The notes beneath the pieces are model-generated. The model made no database searches. It saw only the letters and a list, made by a program, of their open reading frames with translations, and had not been told where the DNA came from. Below are positions 1-10,164 of a stretch of 64,000 nucleotides of DNA, one piece after another (the first letter of the stretch is position 1; every line of letters begins with the position of its first letter). A program made the translations under genes and the position numbers. Origin of the DNA: Candidatus Acidiferrales bacterium (GTDB lineage: Bacteria > Acidobacteriota > Terriglobia > Acidiferrales > 2-02-FULL-67-57); NCBI GenBank assembly GCA_965247455.1, contig CBDFHE010000003.1, positions 3,332 to 67,331 of the forward strand. Reading direction: 5' to 3'.

Positions 1-320
1 TGTGGGCGCCAAACGGGAGGTGCGGCTCGTCCGTTCGACTCACAAGACCATCGACGACGTGATCGAAGTCATCCGACTCGAGTGGCATCATCAAAGAAAG
101 AAGGGAAAACGGAAGCCTGCATAAGGCGAGTGGACGCCGATCCGCGTCGTTTGATGCAGCCCGGATTCAGTGTCCGGTTCTGCCATCAAGTTGAAGGCGT
201 CCGCCACCGCCTGATCGAAGGCAGTGCGGTCCCCACGTTGAATTTGCGAACGGGCGTAATTCCTTGAAAAAGTAACAGATACGACGAGGCCCCAAAGGGG
301 TCACCCTCCGGGGCCTCGCG

Positions 321-3300
321 TTAACTATCCAGGCGCAGTAGTTCTCGTCCGAAAAATGGCTTCCCCTTCGAGTCCAGCACCTCGCGCACGGTGCGCGCCA
401 GCGCATCCAGCGAGAAGGGCTTCTGGAGGAAAGCGGTCCCCTCTTCCAGGACGCCATGCTGGACAATGGCGTCGTCGGTGTAGCCCGACATGTAGGTCAC
501 CTTCATCTCCGGCCGCGCTCCCGCCAAGCGCTCGGCCAACTCCCAGCCGCTCATCCCCGGCATCACCACGTCGGTTAGCAGCAGGTGGATCGGCCCCCGG
601 TGCTCTTCGCACACTTGCAGAGCCTCTCCGCCGTCCTGCGCCTCCAGCACCCTGTAGCCGTTGCTTCCCAGGAACTCGGCGGCGAGCCTCCGAACGCTCA
701 TCTCATCCTCCACCACCAGGATGGTTTCCGTCCCCCCGGGAGTAGGAGCGGGGAGCGCGGGGTGGAGCTCTCCGCTGGCGGCTGCTTCCTCCACCAGCGG
801 CAGGTAAATCTCGAAGGTCGTGCCCCGGCCAGGCGCGCTCTCCACCCCGAGGGTCCCGCCACTTTGCTTGACGATTCCATAGACGGTGGAAAGACCCAGC
901 CCGGTGCCTTTGCCCGCGCCCTTGGTGGTGAAGAAGGGCTCGAAGATGTGGGAGTGCGTCTCGGCGTCCATCCCTACGCCGGTGTCGCTCACCGCCAGCA
1001 GCACGTAGGGCCCGGGCGTGACCTCCGGGTGCTGGCGGGCATAGGCTTCGGTCAGATCGACGTTGGAGGTTTCGAGGGTGAATTTGCCGCCCTGCGGCAT
1101 GGCGTCGCGCGCGTTGACCGCCAGGTTCAGGATGATCTGCTCCATCTGCCCCGGGTCGGCTTTCATCCGTCCCAGCGCCAGATCCAATACCGCCGCCAGC
1201 TCGATGTCCTCCCCAAGCAGCCGCCGCAGCATCTTCTCCACCTCGGTGACCACAGCGTTCAGATCCAGCACCTTGGGTTGCAGCACCTGCTTGCGGCTGA
1301 AGGCCAGCAGTTGCTGGGTGAGCGCGGTGGCGCGCTCAGCGGCTTTCTGGATTTCCTCGGCGTTGCGCCGCAGCGGATCGCTTGCGTCCAGTTGGTTCAA
1401 CAGCAGTTCGCCGTAGCCCCGCATGACCATGAGGAGGTTATTGAAGTCGTGGGCCACGCCCCCCGCCAGCCGCCCCACCGCTTCCATCTTCTGCGCCTGC
1501 CGAAGCTGCTCCTCGCTCTCGCGCAGCGCTTCTTCCGCCCGCTTGTGCTCGGTGATGTCTTCCACCATGCTGATGGTAAACCGGGGCTCGTCCTCGGCGC
1601 CCCGGACCAGAGACACGGTCAGACGGCCCCATACCTCCTGACCGTCTTTTCGGATGTACCGCTTCTCCAGTTTGTAATGGTTGAGTTTCCCCGCTATTAA
1701 CTGCTCATACTGTTCCCTGTCCGCCGCCACATCGTCGGGATGCGTGAACTCCGTGAACACCATGCGGCGAAGCTCTTCCCCGCTGTACCCGACCATTTCT
1801 TGCAGCATGCGGTTGCTCTCCAGCGAGCGCCCGTCCAGCTTGCCCACCGCCACCCCGATGGCGGCGGCCTGGAACACGCCTCGGAAGCGCCCCTCGCTCT
1901 CGCGCAAATTTTCTTCCGCCTGTTTGCGCTCGGTGATGTCGGTGATAGTGCCGACATAACCGATGATTTCTCCGTCCTTCGTTTTTTCCGTCAACGCCTG
2001 GGCGAAGACCCAGGTCACCACCCCGTCGGGGCGCTGAAAGCGACATTCGGTTCGGAACCATAAACCCTCTTTGGCAGCCTGGTACCACTCCTCAGAGACC
2101 CGCTCGCGGTCCTCGGGGTGAATCGCCCGCGCCCAGCCTTCTCCGCGCGCCTCCTCCGGCGTCAGACCCGCAATCTCGCACCAGCGCTGGTTGACGTAGG
2201 TGCAGTTCCCGTCCGCATTGGTGCGGAAGATACCCACCGGCGACACCGTCGTCAAAGTTTGGAACAGCTTCTGGCTCTCGCGCAGTTCTCCCGTGCGCTC
2301 GACTACGCGCTGCTCCAGTTCTTGGTTCAGTCTTCGGATTTCCTCCTCCGCCTGCTTGCGCTCGGTAATGTCGAGGATGGAGTGAACCACTCGGCCCAGG
2401 GTCTGCTCGTAGCCCGGAACCGCCGACCAGTGCACCGCAAGATTCTTGATCTTGCCTTTCAAGGTTCTCCCGACTGTCTCAGCTCTGAAGTTTGTTTCCC
2501 CTTGGGAAATGGCGACCAATTCCTTGCCAAAACTTTTGTAGGACTCGTCAATGAAGGTCGGCCCCGCCTTCCCCAACAAGCTCTCTTGGGTGGGGGCTTC
2601 GAACAACTCCGCCATCGGGCGGTTCACGTCAACGGCTTTCACCAGCGCCAAGCACCTCGCCACCTCGTCCGGATTGTCGCTCAAGTAGTTCTCTAAGTTG
2701 TTGCTGCCCGCAGCGCGCAACTCCTCAAGCCGCTTCTTGACCGCGGAGAAATCCTGCACGCACAAGGGAATGGGCGAGTCTTCAAAGAAACGCCGGTAGC
2801 GCTCTTCGCTGGCCCGCAGCGCCTGCTCGGTCCGCACGCGCTCAGTCACGTCCCGCGACACGCCCCGCACGATCGGCTCCTCCGAACCCTCGCGCCGCAC
2901 GGTGTTGTCGTACTCCAGGATTCTTTCCTTACCGTCGCGGGTTCGCACCTTCATGAATCCCTGGGCCCGCCCTTCCTTCTTCAGCGCGTCAAGGTAGGCA
3001 GGAAAGAGAGGGCGCGTATCGGGGGCCAGCAAATCGCTCAGCTTGCGGCCCACCAGTTCGTCCGCCCGTTCATAACCCGCCTTTTTCACCAGGGCCTGGT
3101 TGACGCTCAGCAGCCTGCCCTCCAGGTCATGGGTGCAGATCAATTCCTCGACGTTTTCCACTAGGTCGCGGTAGCGTTCCTCGCTCGCCCGCAGCACCTC
3201 CTCCGACCGCTTGCGCTCGGTGATGTCCTCCGCGATCCCGGCGAAGCGGTAGACTTCTCCCGCCTCGTTCCGGATCCCAAAGCCACGAGCCCATATCCAG

Positions 3301-4655
3301 CGCATCGACCCGTCAGGCCGCACGATCCGAAAGTCCTCATTGAGCTCTCCTCGTTTCTTTCGCTCTTCTACGGCGGCGATCACCTGCTCACGATCGTCCG
3401 GATGCACGGCGTCCAGCCAAGATTTGGGCCGCTCGTAAAGACTCTCGCATGTTCGGCCCCATATCTCCTCGAACGCAGGACTGATGTAGAACAACTGGCT
3501 CCCGTCTAGGGAGCCCATCCAGAAGACTTCGGGGATGTGCTCCGCTAGCTGGCGGAAGCGCTCTTCACTCTCCTTTAATGCTTCCTCCGCCCGCTTGCGC
3601 TCGGTGATGTCCCGGGCAATCCCTAAGACCAGAGCTTGATTCCCGATTTTTACCGGGAAGGTTCTGATTTCCACTGTGATCTGCTGGCCGTCTTTCCGAT
3701 TGAGCGTAAACTCATCCGGGCCTGTGGGCAGGCCCAGTACATTCTTGGCTAGCAATGCAGCCGCTCTGGGGATTTGCATGGGGGGCAGCAGATTCAGGCG
3801 CAGGAAATTCTTTCCAATCAACTCCTCCTTCTTGTAACCAGTGATTTCCTCCGTCGCCTTATTGCCGTCCACAAACGTTCCTGTCAGGTCGTTTAAGTAG
3901 TAGGCGTCGGGCGCGTATTCGAACAGTATCTTGAAGCGCTCCTCTGAGCGCTTGAGTTCTTCTGCCGCCTGCCTGCGCTCGGTGACGTCCCGGAAAAAGC
4001 CCCGTGTGCTTACGAACTGCCCGTCGCGGAAGCTCGGCGAGCTGGACCCTTCCACGAAAATCTCTCGTCCGTCCTTGGCCAAAAACACCGTTTCGATCTG
4101 AGGAAAATCCTCTCCGCGTTGCAGCCGAGCGAAGAGATCGGCGCACTTCTTGATTTGATCGCCCCGCAGGATGTCGGTGAATTTCAGTCGCCGGGTTTCT
4201 TCTTCTGTGTACCCCAGGGTCTTGCGCCACTGGCGGTTGACGTAGTCGAACCGCCCCTCGGCGTTGACGCTTTGAATCAGGTCGCCTGAGTTCTCAAACA
4301 GGTCCCGGTATTTCCTTTCGCTTACCCGTAGTTCCCCGGCGCGCTCTTCCACTTGGGCATCCAATTCATCGTGAGTTTTTCGCAAGGCCTCCTCTGCCCG
4401 TCTTCGCCGGCGTACCTCGTGTGCTGTATCCTGCCAGCGACGGAAGGAGAAAACGGCCAGCACAATCGTCGCGATAGCGATGGCCGTAAAGAACTCGTCC
4501 GCTTCCCAGCTTTCGTGTTGGCGGGACCACCGGTGAAGTACCTCAAAAGCATCAAAGGCTGACGCTGCCAGAAACGCCAGAACGGCAAGAATCACCAGCC
4601 CAACCAGGTCTATGAAGGCTCTCCGCCTTCTCCCTTGCGTGCTTCTAGAGTTCAT
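321..4655 (-). CDS. Membrane-anchored multi-PAS hybrid sensor histidine kinase with C-terminal receiver domain
   Basis: 1444 aa ORF. Two N-terminal hydrophobic helices. Many PAS/PAC-like units separated by [11 protein letters not shown]-type linkers. HisKA-like H-box (VAHDFNNLL), HATPase_c ([17 protein letters not shown]) and a receiver domain (ILVVEDE...[13 protein letters not shown]). Confidence 0.9.
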   Translation of the reverse strand: MNSRSTQGRRRRAFIDLVGLVILAVLAFLAASAFDAFEVLHRWSRQHESWEADEFFTAIAIATIVLAVFSFRRWQDTAHEVRRRRRAEEALRKTHDELDAQVEERAGELRVSERKYRDLFENSGDLIQSVNAEGRFDYVNRQWRKTLGYTEEETRRLKFTDILRGDQIKKCADLFARLQRGEDFPQIETVFLAKDGREIFVEGSSSPSFRDGQFVSTRGFFRDVTERRQAAEELKRSEERFKILFEYAPDAYYLNDLTGTFVDGNKATEEITGYKKEELIGKNFLRLNLLPPMQIPRAAALLAKNVLGLPTGPDEFTLNRKDGQQITVEIRTFPVKIGNQALVLGIARDITERKRAEEALKESEERFRQLAEHIPEVFWMGSLDGSQLFYISPAFEEIWGRTCESLYERPKSWLDAVHPDDREQVIAAVEERKKRGELNEDFRIVRPDGSMRWIWARGFGIRNEAGEVYRFAGIAEDITERKRSEEVLRASEERYRDLVENVEELICTHDLEGRLLSVNQALVKKAGYERADELVGRKLSDLLAPDTRPLFPAYLDALKKEGRAQGFMKVRTRDGKERILEYDNTVRREGSEEPIVRGVSRDVTERVRTEQALRASEERYRRFFEDSPIPLCVQDFSAVKKRLEELRAAGSNNLENYLSDNPDEVARCLALVKAVDVNRPMAELFEAPTQESLLGKAGPTFIDESYKSFGKELVAISQGETNFRAETVGRTLKGKIKNLAVHWSAVPGYEQTLGRVVHSILDITERKQAEEEIRRLNQELEQRVVERTGELRESQKLFQTLTTVSPVGIFRTNADGNCTYVNQRWCEIAGLTPEEARGEGWARAIHPEDRERVSEEWYQAAKEGLWFRTECRFQRPDGVVTWVFAQALTEKTKDGEIIGYVGTITDITERKQAEENLRESEGRFRGVFQAAAIGVAVGKLDGRSLESNRMLQEMVGYSGEELRRMVFTEFTHPDDVAADREQYEQLIAGKLNHYKLEKRYIRKDGQEVWGRLTVSLVRGAEDEPRFTISMVEDITEHKRAEEALRESEEQLRQAQKMEAVGRLAGGVAHDFNNLLMVMRGYGELLLNQLDASDPLRRNAEEIQKAAERATALTQQLLAFSRKQVLQPKVLDLNAVVTEVEKMLRRLLGEDIELAAVLDLALGRMKADPGQMEQIILNLAVNARDAMPQGGKFTLETSNVDLTEAYARQHPEVTPGPYVLLAVSDTGVGMDAETHSHIFEPFFTTKGAGKGTGLGLSTVYGIVKQSGGTLGVESAPGRGTTFEIYLPLVEEAAASGELHPALPAPTPGGTETILVVEDEMSVRRLAAEFLGSNGYRVLEAQDGGEALQVCEEHRGPIHLLLTDVVMPGMSGWELAERLAGARPEMKVTYMSGYTDDAIVQHGVLEEGTAFLQKPFSLDALARTVREVLDSKGKPFFGRELLRLDS

Positions 4656-5132
4656 CGTCCTAAGCCCAGCCCACTCGCCGGACTCTCAGCGCCAGCGCAA
4701 CCGCCAGGAGCGGGAGCACAAAGCGCCCCGGCGTGCGGCTGTCGGCGCAGCGGTGCCTCGGTACCATCGGCATAGACAACTCGGTCTTTCCTACAATTCG
4801 GGCCCGCTCTGGGGGGTTCCACTCCCGGTGTTTCAGGAGATCCCGACCGCGAAATCCTCTTCTCCCCGCACTCGGCCAAATCCAGCTTTGGATGGTCGCT
4901 CCCCTGCGGGGGCGTTCGGCGGTGAAGGCCCGACACTCTTATTTTACCCATAGATGTGAAAAGGCGCGAGAGGGGGGCCACCAGGAAAACCGCCAGGGAT
5001 TGTGGGAGGACCCCGCCCGAGGGTGCGCGGAGTTTTTGACTCCGCGCACCGCTGGCGCTATCATGCCGGCAGAGTTGGCGGCAGGGGAGGTGCAAGGCCG
5101 CCGTCTTCCGACCACCGCAAAGGAGGGGTGCC

Positions 5133-5744
5133 ATGGCACCGCGCTCCGCGCCGCCCCTCGGCCCCCGCAAGCACGTCCGCCGTAGCTTGATTGTCAGTCC
5201 CGGCTTTCAACTGCGCGCCCTGCTGCCCCTGCTCACCTTTTTGGTTGTGGCGACGGCGCTGCTGGCGGCGGGGCTCTTCTATCCGCTTCAGCAGCGAGCG
5301 GCGCACGAGCCGGATCTGCGCGTCCGCACTCTCCTGCACGAGCAGCTCGTGCAGGTGCACGAGCGCCTATGACCGCTGCTGCTGGCGGCTGGGCTGGGAG
5401 CCTCCTACCTCGTCCTGCGCCATTCCGGTCGGGTGGCCGGCGCCCTCTACCATCTCCACCTCTATCTCAACCAGTTGGCCGAAGGCGACTACCAGCCCCT
5501 GCGCCTGCGCAAGAAGGATGAGTTCCGCCTCTTCGAAGACGACGCCGCCAAGCTGGCCCAGAAAATGAAGCTGCTCGCCACCCGCAACCGCAACCTGTTC
5601 CTCAGCTTGCAAGGTGGCCTCCGCCATCTGGCCGGGCGCCTGGAGAAGGGCGAGGAAATTCCCCGCGCTGAGTTGGAGGAGCTGGTCACCACCATGCAAG
5701 AGCAGATTGCCAAAGCCCTCGACACGGCCCCGGCACGGAGGTAG
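5133..5744 (+). pseudogene. Two-TM HAMP-like membrane protein carrying an in-frame TGA at 5370-5372
   Basis: ORFs 5133-5372 and 5433-5744 are in the same frame. The frame stays open and protein-like across the TGA (..VHERL*PLLLAAGLGASYLVL.., a second TM helix). The stop lies 2 bp before the pilin-like gene. Confidence 0.55.
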
Positions 5745-5746
5745 CT

Positions 5747-6049
5747 ATGTTGGCTCTTGTTCGTTCCTGCCCGCGTCGCCGCGCAGCCGGCTTCGCCCTG
5801 CCCGAACTGATGTTGGTGCTGGCCATCATCATGGTGCTGGTTTCTCTCGCCGTCCCTCGCTACATGAGTTCCATCCAGGTGGCCGAGGAAGCCAAGGCCG
5901 CGCAGACCATGAAGGACATCCACACCGCCCAGGAAGCCTACCGCATCACCAACGGCGCCTACGCCCCCACCTTCGACCAATTGAAGAACACCACTCCGCT
6001 GGCGGGCGAGTTGATCTTCGAAGCCAAGCGCGTCGACGGCACTCCCTAA
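5747..6049 (+). CDS. Prepilin-type N-terminal cleavage/methylation domain protein (short type IV pilin/pseudopilin-like)
   Basis: Contains RRRAAG|FALPELMLVLAIIMVLVSLAVP, the classic G/F cleavage site with Glu at +5 and a hydrophobic helix. At 100 aa it is short for a pilin. Confidence 0.75.
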   Translation: MLALVRSCPRRRAAGFALPELMLVLAIIMVLVSLAVPRYMSSIQVAEEAKAAQTMKDIHTAQEAYRITNGAYAPTFDQLKNTTPLAGELIFEAKRVDGTP

Positions 6050-6190
6050 CCCTCTTTGGTGGGGCAGACCTGCCTCTCCAAGAGAGAAACAGTCCGGAAG
6101 AGGTGCCTGACTGCCCTGCCTACCGCAGGCAGGCGCAGGCAGGCTCGGCACCCGCTTTATCCGCAGTCGAGGGGTTTGTCCCGAAGGAAA
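6050..6190. repeat. GC-rich palindromic intergenic repeat cluster (REP-like)
   Basis: Motifs gccctgcctaccgcaggcaggc and ggggcagacctgcc. The same motifs recur at 9609-9850, ~16270-16290, ~56715-56750 and ~62500-62540. Confidence 0.6.
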
Positions 6191-6453
6191 ATAAGGGAAC
6201 CAGAGCCGAAGGGTTTCCGCCCGTAGGGCAAAGAAACAAGTAGCCGGGCTGTCCCCTCTGGCGGTCCTAGTGTTTTCACTCCCCAGCTTGAGCTATGCAA
6301 TTCGGGCCAGCTCTGCCTTCGCCCGGAGGTTGGCTGCGCTTCGGCGGCCGGGTCCAGTCGCAACCAGGTTTCTTATTTTGTTCTTATTTTTCGTTCTAGG
6401 CTTCACAAACAATATCTAGTGTGATAGGGAAATGTTAACTAAAGGAGGTTGGG

Positions 6454-7027
6454 ATGAAACAATATCGCGCGGTTTCGCTCCGCCGAAGGGCTGCTGCTCT
6501 TTGCGCTGGCTATTCTGCTTGTGGCTTGTGGCGGCTACCTCACTTCGGGTCCCCCGTTGGATTCCGGTTCCGGCTCCGGCACTGGCTCTACCCCCGGCTC
6601 GGGCCCTGCCACCGGCTCGGGTTCGGTGGCCCTGTTCGTGCGAGATGCGCCCATGGAAGAGTTGGTGGAGTTCGAAATCATCGTCACGGACGTGATCTTC
6701 GACCCCGGCACCGTCTCGGTTCTCTCCCAGCCGATTCGGCTGGAGCTGACCGGCCTCCAGCTCACCAGCGAAATCATCCACCTGGCGCTGCAAAGCGTTC
6801 CCGCAGGTCTCTATACCAGCGTCACCGTCATGCTTCTCGACCCCAAGATCAGATTTTGTCCCGATCCCCCGGCTAGTTGCACGGACCAGAACGTGCTAAA
6901 CATCGTGCTGGCGGTGAACCCTTCCAAATCCACCTCCACCATCAACTTCGGCGTTACCTCCGGCCAGGTGACCGCCTTGTTGCTCGATTTCGACCTGCGC
7001 GCCATGGTCGTGACCGATACCATGAAT
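6454..7027 (+). pseudogene. DUF4382-like lipoprotein, 5-prime fragment (start-proximal frameshift, then IS insertion)
   Basis: Strong SD (aaaggagg) with ATG at 6454 in frame 1. The lipobox LLLFALAILLVAC|GG and the rest of the ORF are in frame 2. The pattern VALFVRDAP...VTDVIF...LPAGLYTSV resembles DUF4382 proteins. The ORF is cut at 7027 by the IS. Confidence 0.6.
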
Positions 7028-8698
7028 CCGGGATTTCCGTTTCGCCTGCCCCTGATGGCACGTTTATACACCCGATCGCCGCCGATCGCACAAAAACTTC
7101 GATCGTCGCACAATCGCTCAGCTTCAAAGGCCTTCATCTGAGCCCGCGCCGACGTGCGACCGACTGGAACCCCTGCTTTTCGGGCATTTCTCAGACACCG
7201 CTCCACACGTGTGCCCCGTGTCATCGCCGGGCGGGCTTCGTTGCACTTCAGGCCGCGCGTCAGCCTGCCGGCACGGGTAGCGCCCAGATCCTCCGCAGCA
7301 TGTCGCCGAACAGCCGCCGCGTGAGATGCCCTTCCGCCAGCAGAAGCCAGTAGTACCGCGCATGCTTCACCAGCCGGCCCCCAGTTTTCACCAGTCGCTG
7401 CTGGAGACTCGTGAGCGACCAGCGCTTGACCCGCAGCGGAAGGACCAGTCTGCGCCACAAGTTGCCCAGATTGTAGGCCAGGACGCTCAGTTGCAGGCGC
7501 ACCTCGTTCGCCCGGAAACGATGGCACGACAGCCGCGTCCAGTGGGTGGCCTGCTTGCCTTCCTTGATCCATTGCTCCGCCGTACCGCGCTTGTTGTAAA
7601 ACCGCACGACCGAGCGGCTCGGGAGGGCCATGTTGGTCACGATGAAGCCGACGCGAGGGAACAGCTCACCTTGGTGGTGCTCCACCTTGGCGACGATCCG
7701 TCTGGGCGTGGTCCAGCTCTTGGCCTGATAGCGGAAACTCTGGTAGCGCACCAAGGGCTTGCAGCTCGGCCGTCCCGGCGGACGAAAGAGGATGTCTTCG
7801 ATTTCCAGCTCCAAGCTCTTGTTCGCCGGCATGCGAATGGCATAGTCCACGTCGCGCTGCTCGAGCGCGTCGTAGATCTCGGGCTTCGCGAACGCGGCGT
7901 CTGCGCGGAACGCTACGCGCTTGCCCTCCACCTGCTGCCGGTCAATCTCCGGTACGAGCAGGTCGTCCCAGTCGTCGGCGCTATGCACGTTGCCTGGCCG
8001 CAGCGTGGCGGCGAGGCAGTCCCCATGCTCGGTGAACAGAAACAGCGGGTGGTAGCAGACGGACTCGAAGTGCCCGTTATAGGCGCTCCCTTCCTGCGCC
8101 CCATGCACCGGGCTCTCGCTCGAATCCATGTCGAGCACGATCCGGTCGGCGCGCGTCGCCATCTCGGCCTGTGCAAGCACCTCCCGGTTCACGGCCCTCA
8201 ACCCGACGAGATTCTCCTCGTGGGTCAGCAGCTCTGTCTCGAACCAATGCAGCGTCGATGTCAGCGCCGCACCCCGGTCCCAGCGCTTTGGCGACCCGAT
8301 GAGACGAAATGTTGGGTCTGCCGACACGCGCCCCGCGTCGTTGAGATCTTCGTAGCCCGCGAGGCGACTGTAGACCGACTGCCGCAGGAGATCCACCACG
8401 CTGAACTGGGTGTTCATCCCCTGTCGGGAATCGCTCAGGTGCTCGGCGATGAGTGTCTCCAGCCCCAGACGTTCATCCAACTCGCGCACCAGAATGAGGC
8501 CAGCGTCAGAAGTGACGCGCGATCCCTGGAACGCGACTTTCAAGAAGCCGTTGAACGCGAACTGGAATGGCTCGTGTTGTAATTCACCCACCGGGTGTCA
8601 CCCTCCGTAGTGTGGTTCCTTACGTCGGAGCCCCAAAACTCAAGGCGCAGCGACTGGTCCTGGCGATACGGTACCACAGCCAAATCGGAAATCCGGGT
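7028..8698 (-). mobile_element. IS1380-family-like insertion sequence, copy 1 (1671 bp, 4 bp target duplication GAAT)
   Basis: Boundaries come from comparison with copy 2. Imperfect terminal inverted repeats are ccgggatttccgttt and ccggatttccgattt. GAAT flanks both sides (7024-7027 and 8699-8702). Confidence 0.85.
7260..8591 (-). CDS. DDE transposase, IS1380-family-like
   Basis: 443 aa. The N-terminal region ..SDAGLILVRELDERLGL...DLLRQSVYSRLAGYEDLNDAGRV is typical of IS1380-type transposases. It differs from the second copy by one residue (M vs T). Confidence 0.85.
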   Translation of the reverse strand: MGELQHEPFQFAFNGFLKVAFQGSRVTSDAGLILVRELDERLGLETLIAEHLSDSRQGMNTQFSVVDLLRQSVYSRLAGYEDLNDAGRVSADPTFRLIGSPKRWDRGAALTSTLHWFETELLTHEENLVGLRAVNREVLAQAEMATRADRIVLDMDSSESPVHGAQEGSAYNGHFESVCYHPLFLFTEHGDCLAATLRPGNVHSADDWDDLLVPEIDRQQVEGKRVAFRADAAFAKPEIYDALEQRDVDYAIRMPANKSLELEIEDILFRPPGRPSCKPLVRYQSFRYQAKSWTTPRRIVAKVEHHQGELFPRVGFIVTNMALPSRSVVRFYNKRGTAEQWIKEGKQATHWTRLSCHRFRANEVRLQLSVLAYNLGNLWRRLVLPLRVKRWSLTSLQQRLVKTGGRLVKHARYYWLLLAEGHLTRRLFGDMLRRIWALPVPAG

Positions 8699-9608
8699 GA
8701 ATATCTCGGGCGAGGTCACCGGCTTCGACCCGTTCGGCAACATTCTCGTCACTGTCCTGGACGTGGCGGGTCAGCCGGGCGAATTCGAAGATGAAGTCGG
8801 CCGCGTGGTCAGCGTCAACGCCACCGCCTCCAGCTTCGTCTTCGAGCCCTTCGGCAGTTGCGAGCAGCTCACCATCGCCACCGACGTCGCTACTCAGTTT
8901 GCCGCCTTCGACCGGATCAGCTTGACCAACACCTTCTCCAGCCTGCTGGCCGGCCAGGTCGTGGAAGTGAACGCCGACCTGAAAATCGACGCCTCCTTAG
9001 TGGCGGAAAAGGTGGAATTCGAAGATGACGCCATGGAAGACGAGACCGAAGGCCTCATCACCGACGTCACTCGGGCCACTGGCCCCAGTCAGGACAGCTT
9101 CGGCTTGGTCCTCTTGGATGTCGCTCCCTGCACCGCCACCCTGCCCCTGGTCGAAATCGCCCGGGTTGACGTTACCACCATCCTGGGCGCGGTTGACTTC
9201 CGCATTGACGACGACGGCTTTACCACCGTGGACCCCGCCCTTTTCGACGGCGCCGAAGACCTGGTAGCTGGCCAGAGGGTATCCCTTGATCCCGTCGAGG
9301 CACTGGGCCTTTCCCCCCTGACGGCGCAGCAAATCAGGCTCGAGGATGTGACCATCCTGGGCGCGGTCGATAACCCGATTTCCTCTCTCGCCTTCGAGCT
9401 CGTCCCTCGAGCGGCGTTCATGGCCAGCGTCGACGCCTCCATCACCGTGCAACTCTCTACCGCCGACACCGGGTTCGAGAACCTGCCCAACGGCACGAGC
9501 GATCTCTTCGCCGGGCGAGACGTGCGGGTGAGAGGGTTACTGTTCCGGGACAGTGCCGGCGAGTTGTTCCTCGTCGCCAAGCGCGTCGACGGCACCCCCT
9601 TACCTTAA
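8699..9608 (+). pseudogene. DUF4382-like lipoprotein, 3-prime fragment
   Basis: Removing the IS and one GAAT copy joins ..VVTDTMN to ISGEVTGFDPFG.. in frame. Confidence 0.7.
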
Positions 9609-9850
9609 CCTTCTTTGGTAGGGCAGGCCTGCCTGCCGCAGGCAGGCGGCGGGCCTACCCCTTCGTGTTAAAGACAGTTTGGAAGCGGTGCTAGGTTTAT
9701 CCCGAGCGCTGTCGAGGGGCACCCGCTCGACCATACTTGGGTAGGGCAGGGCCTTGTGCCCTGCCGTTCACAGAACAAAAGCACCTTAGTCAGAAGAGGT
9801 GCCTGTCTGCCCTGCCTACCGCAGGCAGGCGGCGTTCACCCGTCCGGGCA
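9609..9850. repeat. GC-rich palindromic intergenic repeat cluster (REP-like)
   Basis: Several copies of gggcaggcctgcctgccgcaggcaggc, gggcagggccttgtgccctgcc and gccctgcctaccgcaggcaggc. Confidence 0.6.
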
Positions 9851-10164
9851 CCCGTCAACGTCGCCGTAATCCCTTAACTTTCGGCAACGGTTGCCGAAAT
9901 CGATAGTTGGGAGGTTGGTGTCGCGGCGCCAATCTCTCGCCGGCGCCTGCAAGTTTGCCGAGGAGTCGACGGACTGTCCCGACGTCGGGAAGGTTGACAC
10001 TGGAGAGATGACCGACCAATGACCTTCCAGAGAATCCCGTCCGTCCCGGAACCACCAGCCGCCCGCCGGGAGACCGCGAAGGGTCGCCCCTCAAACCACC
10101 GGCTCGACGGGAGCTACGTCGTTATCCCGAAGGAGAAAAAGAAACCTCACCCTAGGAGGAGAGC

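Noticed and set aside
1-300. Possible partial CDS at the window start (frame 2, ..AKREVRLVRSTHKTIDDVIEVIRLEWH.. ending at 124) and an overlapping minus-strand frame (..NYARSQIQRGDRTAFDQAVADAFNLMAEP..).
   Set aside because: The two candidate frames overlap each other, neither has a recognisable family or a start within the window, and the region is too short to decide.
585-1700. Long antisense ORFs overlapping the kinases and other genes. Examples: 585-1700, 11294-12340, 17728-18831, 20939-22054, 21597-22886, 24009-24902, 48951-50579, 50688-52262, 44577-45968, 32149-33297, 58047-58937 and 58859-59854.
   Set aside because: They are typical high-GC shadow ORFs, Arg/Gly/Pro/His-rich with no recognisable motifs. 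Each overlaps an opposite-strand gene that has clear family signatures.
9609-9850. Whether the clustered palindromic repeats (also at 6050-6190 and 16250-16700) form a CRISPR array.
   Set aside because: The units are irregularly spaced, differ in sequence and orientation, and lack uniform repeat-spacer periodicity. No cas genes are present.
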